NCBI GenBank assembly: GCA_035509435.1
Contig: DATJLR010000007.1
Location: 65,555-129,554, forward strand
Origin: Minisyncoccota bacterium
Lineage (GTDB): Bacteria > Patescibacteriota > Minisyncoccia > UBA6257 > 2-01-FULL-56-20
Reading direction: 5' to 3'
DNA length: 64,000 nt
The notes under the pieces: model-generated
Told to the model about the DNA's origin: nothing
Databases searched by the model: none
The model's input: only the letters and a program-made list of their open reading frames with translations
Program-made: the position numbers and the translations under genes
Shown: piece after piece, positions 8,731-18,286 of the stretch
Layout: the number at the start of each line of letters is the position of its first letter
Numbering within the stretch: the stretch's first letter is position 1

Positions 8731-11409
8731 CTACTGCGCTCCCGGGCAGCCGGCGCCGTTCGGATTCTGTTCGCAGAGGCTGGAGCCGCCTACCGTCACT
8801 GTGGCATTGGAAGTCACCGTTGACCCGGCGCCGCCATAATTGCTGTTCACGCACGTGAGAGTGTAGGCGGTGGTGCTCGTGGGGGTCACCGCGAACGGAT
8901 TGGCCGTGGTGTCGATGGTGCCCTGGGACGAGAGCGATGTCGAGGACAATATCGTGCTCCCCTGCGTGAGCTGGCACGCCGTCACGTTCGAGCAGCTGTA
9001 GCTCAGGCCCGAGGATTCAGGAATGACGATCGATGAAGGGTTCGCGGTGAGCTTCGGACTGCAGACGGGGCAGTTGACGCCCGGAGTGCACGCCGGCGGC
9101 GGGAGCACCGTGATCGTCACTGTTTGCGAAACGCTCGGGTTTGCCGTCGACGTTACCTTGATCGTCACGGTCGTCGTCGTGTTCACCGTAGCGGGCGGCG
9201 TGTAGACGCCGGTCGAAGAGATCGTGCCGCCGCCCGAGACCACGGTCCATGTGACGCCTGGTGCCCCGGGCTGGCCGTTCTGGGTGGTCGTTGTCGCGTT
9301 GCAATCGCTCGTGCCGTTCGTATAAGTAGAGCTCGGCGTGCAGCTCACCGTGATGCCCGTGACAGGCGCTTCAGTGACCGTGATCGTGTCGGTGCCGGAC
9401 TTCGAAGGATCCTGGTTGGAGGTGCCTTTTACGGTCACAGTGATCGAACCTGCCACCGATGCAGGGGGTGTGTAGACGCCGGTCGAAGAGATCGTGCCGC
9501 CGCCCGAGACCACCGTCCACGTGACGCCTTGGCCGGAGCCGCCGCCAATGGTCGCCGTGCAGTTGCTTGTTTCCTCGGTATTGATCGGGCTCGGCGCGCA
9601 GTTCACGCTCACACTTGTGACGGATCCGCCCGGACCGCCGCCTGTGACCACGGTGATCATGCCGGTGTTGGACTTCGAAGGATCCTGGTTGGAGGTGCCT
9701 TTGATCGTGACGGTCGTCGTCGCAGCGACTGACGGGGGCGGCGTATAAACGCCGGTTGAAGAGATCGTGCCGCCGCCCGAGACCACCGTCCACGTGACAC
9801 CCTGGCCGGAGCCGCCGGTGATGGTCGCGGTGCAATTACTCGTTTGGGTAGTGTCGATCGGATTCGGCGCGCAGTTCACGCTCACACCGGTGACAGAGCC
9901 TCCTCCTCCTCCGCCGCCGCCCGAGCCGCCGGTCGGAGTCACTGTGATCGTGCCGGTGCCCGATTTCGAAGGATCATCTTTTGACGTTCCCCTCACCGTC
10001 ACCGTTGTCGTCGCGTTCACCGTCGCCGGCGGCGTGTAGACGCCGGTCGAAGAGATCGTGCCGCCGCCCGAGACCACCGTCCACGTGACGCCGCCGCCCG
10101 AGCCGCCGCTTACCGTCGCGGTGCAGTTGCTCGTCTGCGTAGTGTTGATCGGATTCGGCGCGCAGCCGACGCTTACGCCGGTGACAGGATTACTGCCGCC
10201 AGATCCGGGCGTGACGGTAAAGGTAATGGTAAGGACGGCGGTCGGTGGAGGCATAACAGTTCCCGGCGAGGAAGCTCCGGTAAATACTATTGTTCCGGTT
10301 TTTGTCGTTCCCGCCGCTAACCCTGCCGCATTTGCTGTAATGGTGACACTTTGCGAAGCATTACCTGAAGCACCATTCGTAATGCCTCCGGCATTTGTCG
10401 AAGGGGAAGCGGAGAGCCACGAGGAATTAGACGTAGCTGTCCACGTCAGCTTCGATCCCGGGGCACCGGTATTCGTTATCGTGACCGGACTTGTAACCGA
10501 ACTTCCGGCGGCGGCGCTGAGCGGTAGCGACGTGGGATTGACCGCAATATTGGCTTCCGGATCCCAAAGTATGATATACGACACCGTTCCGGAAGCTGTC
10601 AGTGTTTGAGAGGATGGAGTAGCGGTGGAGAGGCTGACGGCCTCAGCGGTTGAGCCGACAACGCCTCTCACGAGAGAGAGCATGGTCGCAAGGAATCCCC
10701 CGCTCTTTAATGAGGAAGGTGCCAACTTGATGGAGTTGAAAACATATGACTGTGGAGTCAGGAGCGAAACCGTATTGAGAGGCAAAATAATGCTGCCCGC
10801 TCCGGCAACCGAGTCGCCTACCGCAGGCTGATTGGAATAAGTTTGAGAGGTTCCTTGGCAATTCGTACCGTTACAAACAGAGGTAGCGCCATCGGTGATG
10901 CTCCACTTTGCCGGAACAAGGACGCTGTTAACTACCGAATTCTCCGAAGTTACCTTGACGGTACCAAGAACCGGCGGCGGCGGCGTCCCCGGCGTAACGT
11001 TGATCGTGATCGTTGTTGTCGGATATTCATCGGGGTCAACGCTGTCTGAACAATCCGCGTTGATGGTGAATGTTCCCGTTCCGGCTGCAATGCCCGTCAC
11101 GGAGAAAACACCTTGGCCCGCGATGGGCCCACTTGTATCCTTTACAAGAGTTGCCGAAAAATCAGCCGGGGTGCTCGGAATATCAAGCTGACACACCACT
11201 TCTTCGCCCGCAATTCCTTTCCCGCAACCGGGTCCTGAAATGTTTTCCGAGATCGTCTGCCCCACCTGGACAGAATAGGGTCCCTGGCTTTGGAATGCAC
11301 AATTGGTCATGCCGGCCGCAGCAGCAAAAGCAGAATGCGGAACAGACGCGGCGAACATGCCGATCGCCAAGAAAAGGACCGACGCGACGAGTGCTAAAGT
11401 TTTTTTCAT
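8731..11409 (-). CDS. Large secreted surface protein with four tandem Ig-like (Big-type) repeats and a Cys-rich C-terminus
   Basis: 892 aa. Signal peptide MKKTLALVASVLFLAIGMFAASVPHSAFAAAAG. A ~90 aa unit (VNCAPNPI.T.QTSNCTATI.GGSGQGVTWTVVSGGGTISSTGVYTPP) repeats four times. C-terminus ACTPGVNCPVCSPK. Confidence 0.7.
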   Translation of the reverse strand: MKKTLALVASVLFLAIGMFAASVPHSAFAAAAGMTNCAFQSQGPYSVQVGQTISENISGPGCGKGIAGEEVVCQLDIPSTPADFSATLVKDTSGPIAGQGVFSVTGIAAGTGTFTINADCSDSVDPDEYPTTTITINVTPGTPPPPVLGTVKVTSENSVVNSVLVPAKWSITDGATSVCNGTNCQGTSQTYSNQPAVGDSVAGAGSIILPLNTVSLLTPQSYVFNSIKLAPSSLKSGGFLATMLSLVRGVVGSTAEAVSLSTATPSSQTLTASGTVSYIILWDPEANIAVNPTSLPLSAAAGSSVTSPVTITNTGAPGSKLTWTATSNSSWLSASPSTNAGGITNGASGNASQSVTITANAAGLAAGTTKTGTIVFTGASSPGTVMPPPTAVLTITFTVTPGSGGSNPVTGVSVGCAPNPINTTQTSNCTATVSGGSGGGVTWTVVSGGGTISSTGVYTPPATVNATTTVTVRGTSKDDPSKSGTGTITVTPTGGSGGGGGGGGSVTGVSVNCAPNPIDTTQTSNCTATITGGSGQGVTWTVVSGGGTISSTGVYTPPPSVAATTTVTIKGTSNQDPSKSNTGMITVVTGGGPGGSVTSVSVNCAPSPINTEETSNCTATIGGGSGQGVTWTVVSGGGTISSTGVYTPPASVAGSITVTVKGTSNQDPSKSGTDTITVTEAPVTGITVSCTPSSTYTNGTSDCNATTTTQNGQPGAPGVTWTVVSGGGTISSTGVYTPPATVNTTTTVTIKVTSTANPSVSQTVTITVLPPPACTPGVNCPVCSPKLTANPSSIVIPESSGLSYSCSNVTACQLTQGSTILSSTSLSSQGTIDTTANPFAVTPTSTTAYTLTCVNSNYGGAGSTVTSNATVTVGGSSLCEQNPNGAGCPGAQ
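9150..10260 (-). repeat. Four tandem ~280 bp near-identical coding repeats inside the 892 aa surface-protein gene
   Basis: The DNA motif gtgccgccgcccgagaccaccgtccacgtgac recurs near 9222, 9497, 9770 and 10058. Confidence 0.7.
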
Positions 11410-11410
11410 A

Positions 11411-11860
11411 TTATTTGACGAGATAGGTTATGGTTGCGTGTGATCCGCTGCCTTCCGACTCGATCACCACCTGCAGCTGATCGGCGCCCTGAGTTGCCGT
11501 GAGAACCTCATATGTAGGCTGCGTCGTAAGTGAACCCGTCAACTGCCAGTTGCTGTTTGAAAGGTACGCCTCATAATCACCAAAGAGCGTCGCCATGGAA
11601 CTCGATGAGTCATATTCTGCAGTATATTGATTGGTGCTCGTCGAGTAAGCGATGGAATAACTCCCACCCACTGCGGCGTTTGTATCCAAAATAAGATCTT
11701 TCGGGAACTGGCTCACGAGCTGACCCTGCGGCGCATACACCGGAGCAGGACCCGACGCGACCGGCGCCTTGGGCATCGTTGCCCACGCTATCCATACGAT
11801 AGCTACGACCACGACCACCGCTACGCCCACCCAGGCCCATACCTTTTTGGAGTCAGTCAT
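11411..11860 (-). CDS. Membrane-anchored hypothetical protein
   Basis: 149 aa. N-terminal TM segment WAWVGVAVVVVVAIVWIAWA. Tightly packed between two surface-protein genes. Confidence 0.45.
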   Translation of the reverse strand: MTDSKKVWAWVGVAVVVVVAIVWIAWATMPKAPVASGPAPVYAPQGQLVSQFPKDLILDTNAAVGGSYSIAYSTSTNQYTAEYDSSSSMATLFGDYEAYLSNSNWQLTGSLTTQPTYEVLTATQGADQLQVVIESEGSGSHATITYLVK

Positions 11861-11967
11861 ACCTTTATCATAGCAGAGTAGAGTGGGAAGGGGGTGTGGA
11901 TAAACAAAGCCCCCTCCCGATTACTCGAGAAGGGGCTAGGGCTATTTCTCCGGTGGTTGCCGGAAGG

Positions 11968-13632
11968 TCAATACTTTGCCTTAGGAATGGTGAACGGGTT
12001 GCAGGTGGCCGCCGAGGAACAAGCGTATGAAACGCTCCCCTCTGCGTTGACCGTGAGCCACGTGGGGAGAACGGGAACCATTACCCCCGGGATCGGCGTG
12101 GCTGCTCCGGTGCTCGGATTGAGCACCGTGAACGTTCCTGCGGAATCCGGCACATCGGCATTGCCTATCACAGCAACGTCGTCTGCCATATCCGCAGTAA
12201 GCGACACGGGGGTTCCGGGCAGTGTGACGTTATTGCCCACCGTCTTCAACGTTGATTCATTGAAGATGGCGGCGATCCCATCACCGTACGAAACAACCAC
12301 ACCGAGACCCAGCGAATCGAACACCACAACGTCCGATCCTCCGGGAGCTTCCGACGTGATGCCGCTGATCGGCTGAGAATTGACCAGCGTCATGGTGTCG
12401 ACGTTGACGACATTGATGGCCGGTCCGCTGCCTCCTACCGTGAGGACGTAGGCGTACGTGACGCCGTTCGTTACCCCCATTGTAAGCGACTGCGGATCTG
12501 CTCCAACGTTCAAGCTCACGAGGTGCGTTGTTACAAACGGAGATCCGGTGATGCTGCCGCACGAAAGGTTATTCGCCGCCGCTGGCTGCAAAAGACACTC
12601 GTAGCCATTTTCCGCCGCGCTCTCCGTAACCGGATTTGTATCGTTCAACTGTGGCTCCGGAGTGTCGGTCATACCACCGTTTTCGTCGTAGACTCCTCCA
12701 TCAACAATCACGAATCCCGTGACATCATTGTCCACGGCAATACCGTAGGTGGGGGCGCCGACGAAGAACTTTCCGTCGGGCGCTCCCGCTGCCGTGTACT
12801 TATCCACGTATCCGTTCAGAGGCTGTCCGTTGAAAAGATTCTGGCCCTGGACGACCTCCGATGGGTTCAGGCAGAAAATTTCTCCCGCCTTCGAAGCCGC
12901 GCACATGTTGTGGGAGTACAATGCGAACGAAACCGCGTTTGAACATCCCGTCCCATCCGCCTTGCACACCTTTGCCTGAAAATATCCCGAGGTCTCATGA
13001 ACCTGGTCGATCCCCAGAACCACTTGGGCTTCTCCGGAGTTGACCAGTTGAGAACTCAAAATATTTGCGTCGGGCGTGATGACTATCTGATCACCGGCAG
13101 CGAAATTCGCGCCGGTGAACGTCATGAGGGCGCCCCCGCATTGGCTAAGACACCACTGCACCGCAGGGGCGACCGATGTCAGCGTGGGAGTTGGAGGCGG
13201 CGGCGTTGACACCGGATTGATGGTGATCGTCGCGGAACCCGTTACGTTTGTGTAGCCAGGAACCGTTGAGGCCGCGGAGACCTTCGCGCTGGTGGTGGCC
13301 GTGATGGACGAAGAAGCGGTAAACTTCCCCGTCGTATCGATCGTTCCGTCGGTTGACGGACTGACCGACCACGTGACCGCCTGCGAAGGGTTGTTGGTTC
13401 CGCTGACCGTTGCAGTGAGCTGCTGGCTTGCGCCGGCATTCACTGTTGCGGTCGAGGGACTTACAACGACCGCCGTCACCGTCGTGGTTGTGTTACCGCC
13501 GCCGGATCCGGTAGGGCTTCCGCCTCCGCACCCTGCCGCAACGAGAGAGAAAATGGTGAAGGCAACGACCAAGCCGGACAGCTTGGTCGCGATTCGAGAC
13601 GTAAACGTAGCGAAGCTTGTGCTGCCGCGCAT
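11968..13632 (-). CDS. Surface lipoprotein with a Big_2 (bacterial Ig-like) domain
   Basis: 554 aa. Lipobox LVAAGCGGGS. Big_2-like VTAVVVSPSTATVNAGASQQLTATVSGTNNPSQAVTWSVSP. Beta-rich C-terminus. Confidence 0.6.
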   Translation of the reverse strand: MRGSTSFATFTSRIATKLSGLVVAFTIFSLVAAGCGGGSPTGSGGGNTTTTVTAVVVSPSTATVNAGASQQLTATVSGTNNPSQAVTWSVSPSTDGTIDTTGKFTASSSITATTSAKVSAASTVPGYTNVTGSATITINPVSTPPPPTPTLTSVAPAVQWCLSQCGGALMTFTGANFAAGDQIVITPDANILSSQLVNSGEAQVVLGIDQVHETSGYFQAKVCKADGTGCSNAVSFALYSHNMCAASKAGEIFCLNPSEVVQGQNLFNGQPLNGYVDKYTAAGAPDGKFFVGAPTYGIAVDNDVTGFVIVDGGVYDENGGMTDTPEPQLNDTNPVTESAAENGYECLLQPAAANNLSCGSITGSPFVTTHLVSLNVGADPQSLTMGVTNGVTYAYVLTVGGSGPAINVVNVDTMTLVNSQPISGITSEAPGGSDVVVFDSLGLGVVVSYGDGIAAIFNESTLKTVGNNVTLPGTPVSLTADMADDVAVIGNADVPDSAGTFTVLNPSTGAATPIPGVMVPVLPTWLTVNAEGSVSYACSSAATCNPFTIPKAKY

Positions 13633-13762
13633 AGACGTTCCTCCTATTCCTTATAGTATTGAGATTATGCCGCCGTCAGGCGCGTGCCTGACGTGCTGCC
13701 AAGACTATAGCAAAATTATCAAATAGTGTCAAATTAGCGCGGCAAAAACAGGGCTCTTGACG

Positions 13763-14413
13763 TCAGCACTGTATCGTCCCCCCGCCCGCGTAACAGTCGA
13801 TGGAGCGGGCGCTCACGGTGGTCTGGAGATTCACCACGTCGTTCTCGACCGCCGTGTCGGTGGAACTCGGCGCGATGCCTATGGAGACCGTGACGCGCGG
13901 CGGCCAGTGGTCGCCTTCCGTCTGGCCATACAGCTGGAACTGCAGATATTTTACCGACACCGTGTCGCCCGTGAGCGACTGCGGCGCGGAGCTGAGCGTT
14001 GAGCTCTCCACAAGCTGCCACGCAAGCGATCCCGTCGTGGGCCGTTCGTAGACGATGCGGTCGCCCTGCGCGTCGTAGAAGTCGAGCGCGTTGCACGTCC
14101 ATGTGCCCGCGGTCGCTCCCGGCGCGCTGGAAAACGTACAGCCGCAATCCGCATTGGCCTTGCCCGCAACCGATCCCGGAACGCCGCTCCCCGGCGTATT
14201 GCCGCCCACCGTGTTGCAAAAAAGGTAGCCGGTGCGGATCTGGCGCGCCATTTCCTCGAGCGTGATGCTGATATTGCTCTCCGCGGAAATAAGCGACGAC
14301 ACCTGCCGCTGGGTGCGCACCGCATTCGCGAACGCGCCGACCGCGATCGTGATGATGATCGTAAAAAGGCCGACGGTGATGAGCATTTCTATAAGCGTAA
14401 ATCCTTTCTTCAT
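13763..14413 (-). CDS. Type IV minor pilin / pseudopilin
   Basis: N-terminus MKKGFTLIEMLITVGLFTIIITIAVG is a class III prepilin signal (G/FTLIEM). Its ATG overlaps the upstream gene's stop (ATGA at 14410-14413). Confidence 0.6.
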   Translation of the reverse strand: MKKGFTLIEMLITVGLFTIIITIAVGAFANAVRTQRQVSSLISAESNISITLEEMARQIRTGYLFCNTVGGNTPGSGVPGSVAGKANADCGCTFSSAPGATAGTWTCNALDFYDAQGDRIVYERPTTGSLAWQLVESSTLSSAPQSLTGDTVSVKYLQFQLYGQTEGDHWPPRVTVSIGIAPSSTDTAVENDVVNLQTTVSARSIDCYAGGGTIQC

Positions 14414-14940
14414 GGCTGGTAATGATAAAAGATGTCCTCAAGCGTGATCGTGTTCCCGAGCGCGCCGCTTGACCATGTGACGCTCGACTGCACATCGATG
14501 CTCTGGCCGTTGTTCGTCACCTTTATATTGCGGACGAAATCCGTTGCCGTTGCCGCGAAAGGATTGTTGCTATAGAGATGGGTGGTCGGATTGAAATACA
14601 ATTTGGTATTGGGCGCGCCGCTTTGAAAACTGAGGCCCGCGCAGCTGGTGGTCGTATAATCGATCGGGAAATAATAGTGGGCGCCCGCGTACGGGAAACA
14701 GCTCCCCCAGCTGTAGGAGCCGTTACCCCCAAGCTGTTCATACACGTCATGGTCGATCAGGTTCTTTACGATCTCGATCCCTTCCGCCGCAAGATATGTT
14801 GCCTGCGTGTCGTCCGCTGTCGTGCGGTTCAGCTGGAAGGATTTTGTAAGGAGCGTGACGATGCCCACGAAGCCGACCATAAGGATGCTGAGCGCGATGA
14901 GCGCTTCCACAAGTGTCTGTCCTTTGCGGGAATTGATCAT
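14410..14940 (-). CDS. Type IV minor pilin / pseudopilin
   Basis: MINSRKGQTLVEALIALSILMVGFVGIVTLL prepilin-like N-terminus. ATGA overlaps at both ends (14937-14940 and 14410-14413). Confidence 0.55.
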   Translation of the reverse strand: MINSRKGQTLVEALIALSILMVGFVGIVTLLTKSFQLNRTTADDTQATYLAAEGIEIVKNLIDHDVYEQLGGNGSYSWGSCFPYAGAHYYFPIDYTTTSCAGLSFQSGAPNTKLYFNPTTHLYSNNPFAATATDFVRNIKVTNNGQSIDVQSSVTWSSGALGNTITLEDIFYHYQP

Positions 14941-15545
14941 AGGCTTACTTGCCCTTCGGCGTTTACGGTAATGGCGCGCACGAGATTGTTATCTACGGTG
15001 CCAATGTAAACGTACGAGGACGGCGCGGGATAAAGGAATGTCGTCCCGTTGCGGCTGATCAGCGTGAACGGGTCGGGAGGATAGAACAGGACATACTTGA
15101 TGGTGTCGCTCGCGGGGCTGGAAGGATTCTTCAGCACAACGCCCGGCGCGGTGTGGACCTGCCAGCTGCCGCCGGCGTATTCGGCGACATCCGCCGTGTT
15201 GACGGCGGCGGTCGTGCTCGCGAGGGTCGGACACACGAACCGTCCCGGATATTGCGCCGAGCTGATCGCGGAGTTGTATGCAAAGAGGGAATATTGGGAA
15301 TTTGCGAGGTCGAAATATACGCCGTACGCGCACGTCTTGGAGTTCGTGCTGTATGTGGCAATGGAAAGCTCCTTTGCCTCAAGGATGAGCTGCGCCACCT
15401 TGGACTCCTCTATGGAAAGCGCGATCTGATCCTGCCCCGCGTGGCTGTATACGATGGCCAATCCCGAAAGCAACGCCGTGATGGCGATCACGACAAGCAT
15501 TTCTACCAATGTGAATCCCTTCCTCGTTTTCATGCGTACATTCAT
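14937..15545 (-). CDS. Type IV minor pilin / pseudopilin
   Basis: MNVRMKTRKGFTLVEMLVVIAITALLSGLAIV prepilin N-terminus. Confidence 0.6.
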   Translation of the reverse strand: MNVRMKTRKGFTLVEMLVVIAITALLSGLAIVYSHAGQDQIALSIEESKVAQLILEAKELSIATYSTNSKTCAYGVYFDLANSQYSLFAYNSAISSAQYPGRFVCPTLASTTAAVNTADVAEYAGGSWQVHTAPGVVLKNPSSPASDTIKYVLFYPPDPFTLISRNGTTFLYPAPSSYVYIGTVDNNLVRAITVNAEGQVSL

Positions 15546-15584
15546 TCTATCATTTTGGACACGGGCGCGCCCTCCGCCCCCATG

Positions 15585-16442
15585 TCATCCCGCGCCGAGC
15601 AGGGAAAGATACCAGCCCACTATCGCGGGTCCCCACAGGAGCGCCACTCCCGCGCCGAGCGCGAGGAACGGCCCGAACGGTATGGTGCCCTTCATGGTAT
15701 TCCTGCCCAGCGCCACCTGGAGCACGCCGGCCGCGGCGCCGAGTACGAACGCAAATACGAGCGCGAGGATGATGTCCGGCCAGCCGAAGAGCAGTCCGAG
15801 CGGAATGGCAAGCTTGAGGTCGCCCATTCCCATTCCCCTGCCGCGGGTGATGGCGATGAGGAACGCAAAGAACGCGCCGCCGAACACCGCCCCCGCAACG
15901 TGCGCCCACGCGGCGCTCCACTGCAGGCCGAAGATCGCGGCCGACGGGCCGATGAGCGACGGGTTGCCCGGCCCGAAATATCCCGCGATCATGATCGTAA
16001 GGAAAACGCCCAGCACGCCAAGAAATATGTTGATCTCATCCGGGATGATGCCGAGCCGGATATCTATCACGGCCATCGCAAGAAGCGCTTCAAGCGCGGC
16101 GATCCAGATGGCGGACACGACGATGAGCGGCGCGGCAGCGACGCCCACGGCGAACGGCACGAGCGCGAACACAAAGCCGGAAAGCAGTTCCACCACCGGA
16201 TATTGCATGGTGAGCCGCGCCCCGCAGCGGCGGCAGCGGCCGCCCTGCGCGAGATAGCTCGCGAGAGGCACGAGCTCGAACCAGCGCAGCGTCGCCTTGC
16301 AATGCGGGCAATGCGAACGGCCGCCGATCATCTTCGCGTCCAGCAAAAAATGCTCGCCGTCATAGCGCAATATGACGACGTTCAAAAAACTTCCGATCGC
16401 GATGCCGAAAAGGAAGAGAATGATCACCGTGATGGGGGCCAT
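15585..16442 (-). CDS. pilD: Prepilin peptidase (A24 family)
   Basis: Start reassigned to the ATG at 16440-16442 (MAPITVIILFLFGIAIGSFLNVVILRY). Zinc-finger-like CPHC...CRRC motif and a polytopic membrane core. The track ORF extends into pilA in another frame. Confidence 0.8.
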   Translation of the reverse strand: MAPITVIILFLFGIAIGSFLNVVILRYDGEHFLLDAKMIGGRSHCPHCKATLRWFELVPLASYLAQGGRCRRCGARLTMQYPVVELLSGFVFALVPFAVGVAAAPLIVVSAIWIAALEALLAMAVIDIRLGIIPDEINIFLGVLGVFLTIMIAGYFGPGNPSLIGPSAAIFGLQWSAAWAHVAGAVFGGAFFAFLIAITRGRGMGMGDLKLAIPLGLLFGWPDIILALVFAFVLGAAAGVLQVALGRNTMKGTIPFGPFLALGAGVALLWGPAIVGWYLSLLGAG

Positions 16443-16504
16443 ATCATCATGATAACAAAAAATCCCGCCGGAAGGCGGGATCTTTGCAGATGGCCCACAA
16501 AACG

Positions 16505-16999
16505 CTAGAGCGTCTTGCAGTAATCTCCCGTGCCCGTGCACGATAGCACGCCCGTCACCGTGGGGAAGCTTGCCCCGTTGTAATTGGTGAAGGCCGAATT
16601 GTTTGGATTCTCAAGCGTCGCCTCAAGGACATAGAGGCTTCCGGTGCCGTTCGTACCATACTGATAGTTATGGCCGGCAGTGGGATCGTTGGGAACGCTC
16701 GTGATGGCGATCGCCGTGGTTCCTTCGAGCGCAGTGGTCAAATTGGCCCACGAGCTGATCTCGCTGAAGTTGCCGCAGGACGAACCGGTCTGCTTGGTAC
16801 CCGGATAATAACCGCACTCGTTGTAGTAGAGCTCTAACCCGTTCTGGACCTCGCTCAAATCCGAGATCCTTCTCGCGTCGCGGCCTGCCTGCTGGGTCGG
16901 CCCAAGGCCGACGAGCACGACCGACGCCAAAATGGCGATGATCGCGACGACGATCAGAATTTCAATGAGGGTGAAGCCCTTTCTTTGCGTTGAGTTCAT
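16505..16999 (-). CDS. pilA: Type IV major pilin (PilA-like), Ser/Thr-rich
   Basis: MNSTQRKGFTLIEILIVVAIIAILASVVLVGL class III signal. 164 aa. The C-terminal half is rich in S/T/N/G. Confidence 0.75.
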   Translation of the reverse strand: MNSTQRKGFTLIEILIVVAIIAILASVVLVGLGPTQQAGRDARRISDLSEVQNGLELYYNECGYYPGTKQTGSSCGNFSEISSWANLTTALEGTTAIAITSVPNDPTAGHNYQYGTNGTGSLYVLEATLENPNNSAFTNYNGASFPTVTGVLSCTGTGDYCKTL

Positions 17000-17046
17000 A
17001 TTCCAGTGGAAAATCGTTTCGACCTTTTAAAACGGTTGACCCATTT

Positions 17047-17055
17047 ATTATAGCA
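17047..17055 (-). promoter_or_regulatory. Extended -10 element (TGCTATAAT) upstream of pilA
   Basis: The minus-strand sequence reads aaatgcTATAATaaatggg about 45 nt upstream of the pilA ATG. The -35 is weak. Confidence 0.35.
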
Positions 17056-17056
17056 T

Positions 17057-18268
17057 TTAGTGAATGCTGTCCGTGAGGTTGTATATGGGGATAAGAATTG
17101 AGGCAAAAAGCAGGCCTACCATGACGCCGATGCCGATCATAAGCACCGGCTGGATAAGGTCCACCAGGTTGTTCGTGATCTCGTCCGCCTCGCGGGTGTA
17201 GATGCCGGAAAGGCGGTTGAACATCTCCTCCACTTTTCCCGTCGTTTCGCCGACCGCCACCATCTGCGGGATGAGCGCGGGGAAATACTGCGGATACTTG
17301 GCGATGCTTTGCGAGAGAAGCGATCCCTGGCGCACATCTTCCGCGATGTCGTGCACCACGTCGCGGTACAGAACGTTGCCCACCATGTGCCCGATGATCT
17401 CGAGTGCCTGCGCGATGGGAATGCCGCCGTGCACAAGGAGCGCCGCCGAGTTGCCGAAGCGCGCCATGATCACCGGCAGGTACACTTTCTTGACGATCGG
17501 CAGGCGGATCTTTGCCTCGTCAAGGATCGCTTCGCCCTCCGCGGTCTGGAAATAATTCACGGCAAGGCCGGCGACGGCGACGGCGGCGACAACGACCGCG
17601 ATCCACCATTTATGCAAAAAGTTTCCGGTATTGAGAAGTATCTGCGTGTACCACGGGAGCGCAACGCCGTTCTCGGCAAACACGCCGCCGAGCGACGGGT
17701 ACACGAACGTGACAAGGATGAATGCCACGACGATGAAAAGCGCGATGACGATGCCCGGATAGACGAGCGCGGACGACGCCTTGCTCGCCAGGTCGCCTTC
17801 CTTTTCGGTGTAATCCGCAAGGAATGCCGCGACTTCGTTCAGGTTCCCGGTCACCTCTGCCGCGCGTACGAGCTCAATATAATAATCGGGGAACACGCGG
17901 TTCTGCCGCTCAAGCGCCTGAGAGAACGAAACGCCCGCGTCGATATCCTCCGTCATCTGGGATATCGCGGTCTTGAGGGTGGGGCTTGTCGTCTGCTCGT
18001 ACAGGATCTTGAGCGCGTTGTTGAGCGGCAGGCGCGCCTCGAGCAGCGTCGCAAGCTGGCGCGCGAAGACGATCAGTTCCTTGCGCCGGACGCGCGAAAA
18101 GAATCCGGCGATGTTGTCGAACATGTTCGGCGCCCGCTCGGCGACGACGGAAAGCACAAAAAGGTCGTGTCCCGCCAGGATCGCGCTCGCCGAGTCGCGG
18201 TCGGAGGCCTCGACGATCCCCACCTGCGTCGTCCCGTCTTTGGTTTTGGCCTGGTATTTGAATTTCAT
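17057..18268 (-). CDS. pilC: Type IV pilus assembly platform protein PilC (GspF family)
   Basis: 403 aa with two GspF repeats and three TM segments. N-terminus MKFKYQAKTKDGTTQVGIVEA is typical. Confidence 0.85.
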   Translation of the reverse strand: MKFKYQAKTKDGTTQVGIVEASDRDSASAILAGHDLFVLSVVAERAPNMFDNIAGFFSRVRRKELIVFARQLATLLEARLPLNNALKILYEQTTSPTLKTAISQMTEDIDAGVSFSQALERQNRVFPDYYIELVRAAEVTGNLNEVAAFLADYTEKEGDLASKASSALVYPGIVIALFIVVAFILVTFVYPSLGGVFAENGVALPWYTQILLNTGNFLHKWWIAVVVAAVAVAGLAVNYFQTAEGEAILDEAKIRLPIVKKVYLPVIMARFGNSAALLVHGGIPIAQALEIIGHMVGNVLYRDVVHDIAEDVRQGSLLSQSIAKYPQYFPALIPQMVAVGETTGKVEEMFNRLSGIYTREADEITNNLVDLIQPVLMIGIGVMVGLLFASILIPIYNLTDSIH

Positions 18269-18286
18269 GCCACCGTATCCGTCCCG

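Noticed and set aside
9150-10260. Possible CRISPR array suggested by regularly spaced repeats
   Set aside because: The repeats are ~280 bp long and code for protein, with no short repeat-spacer periodicity. No cas genes are in the window.
9124-10609. Several 80-200 aa plus-strand ORFs (MPPPETTVHVTPWPEPP...) repeated three times
   Set aside because: They are reverse-frame shadows of the tandem Ig-like repeats in the 892 aa surface-protein gene and repeat only because the underlying DNA repeats.
13734-14495. 253 aa minus-strand ORF overlapping the pseudopilin genes
   Set aside because: An alternative frame of the same strand as the pilin genes 13763..14413 and 14410..14940, which carry clear prepilin N-termini. 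Its Arg/His-rich composition is non-protein-like.
14949-16508. 519 aa plus-strand ORF rich in Arg/Asp/Glu
   Set aside because: Antisense to the minor pilin and pilD genes. Low-complexity, Arg-rich composition is typical of reverse-strand ORFs in high-GC DNA. No recognisable domain.
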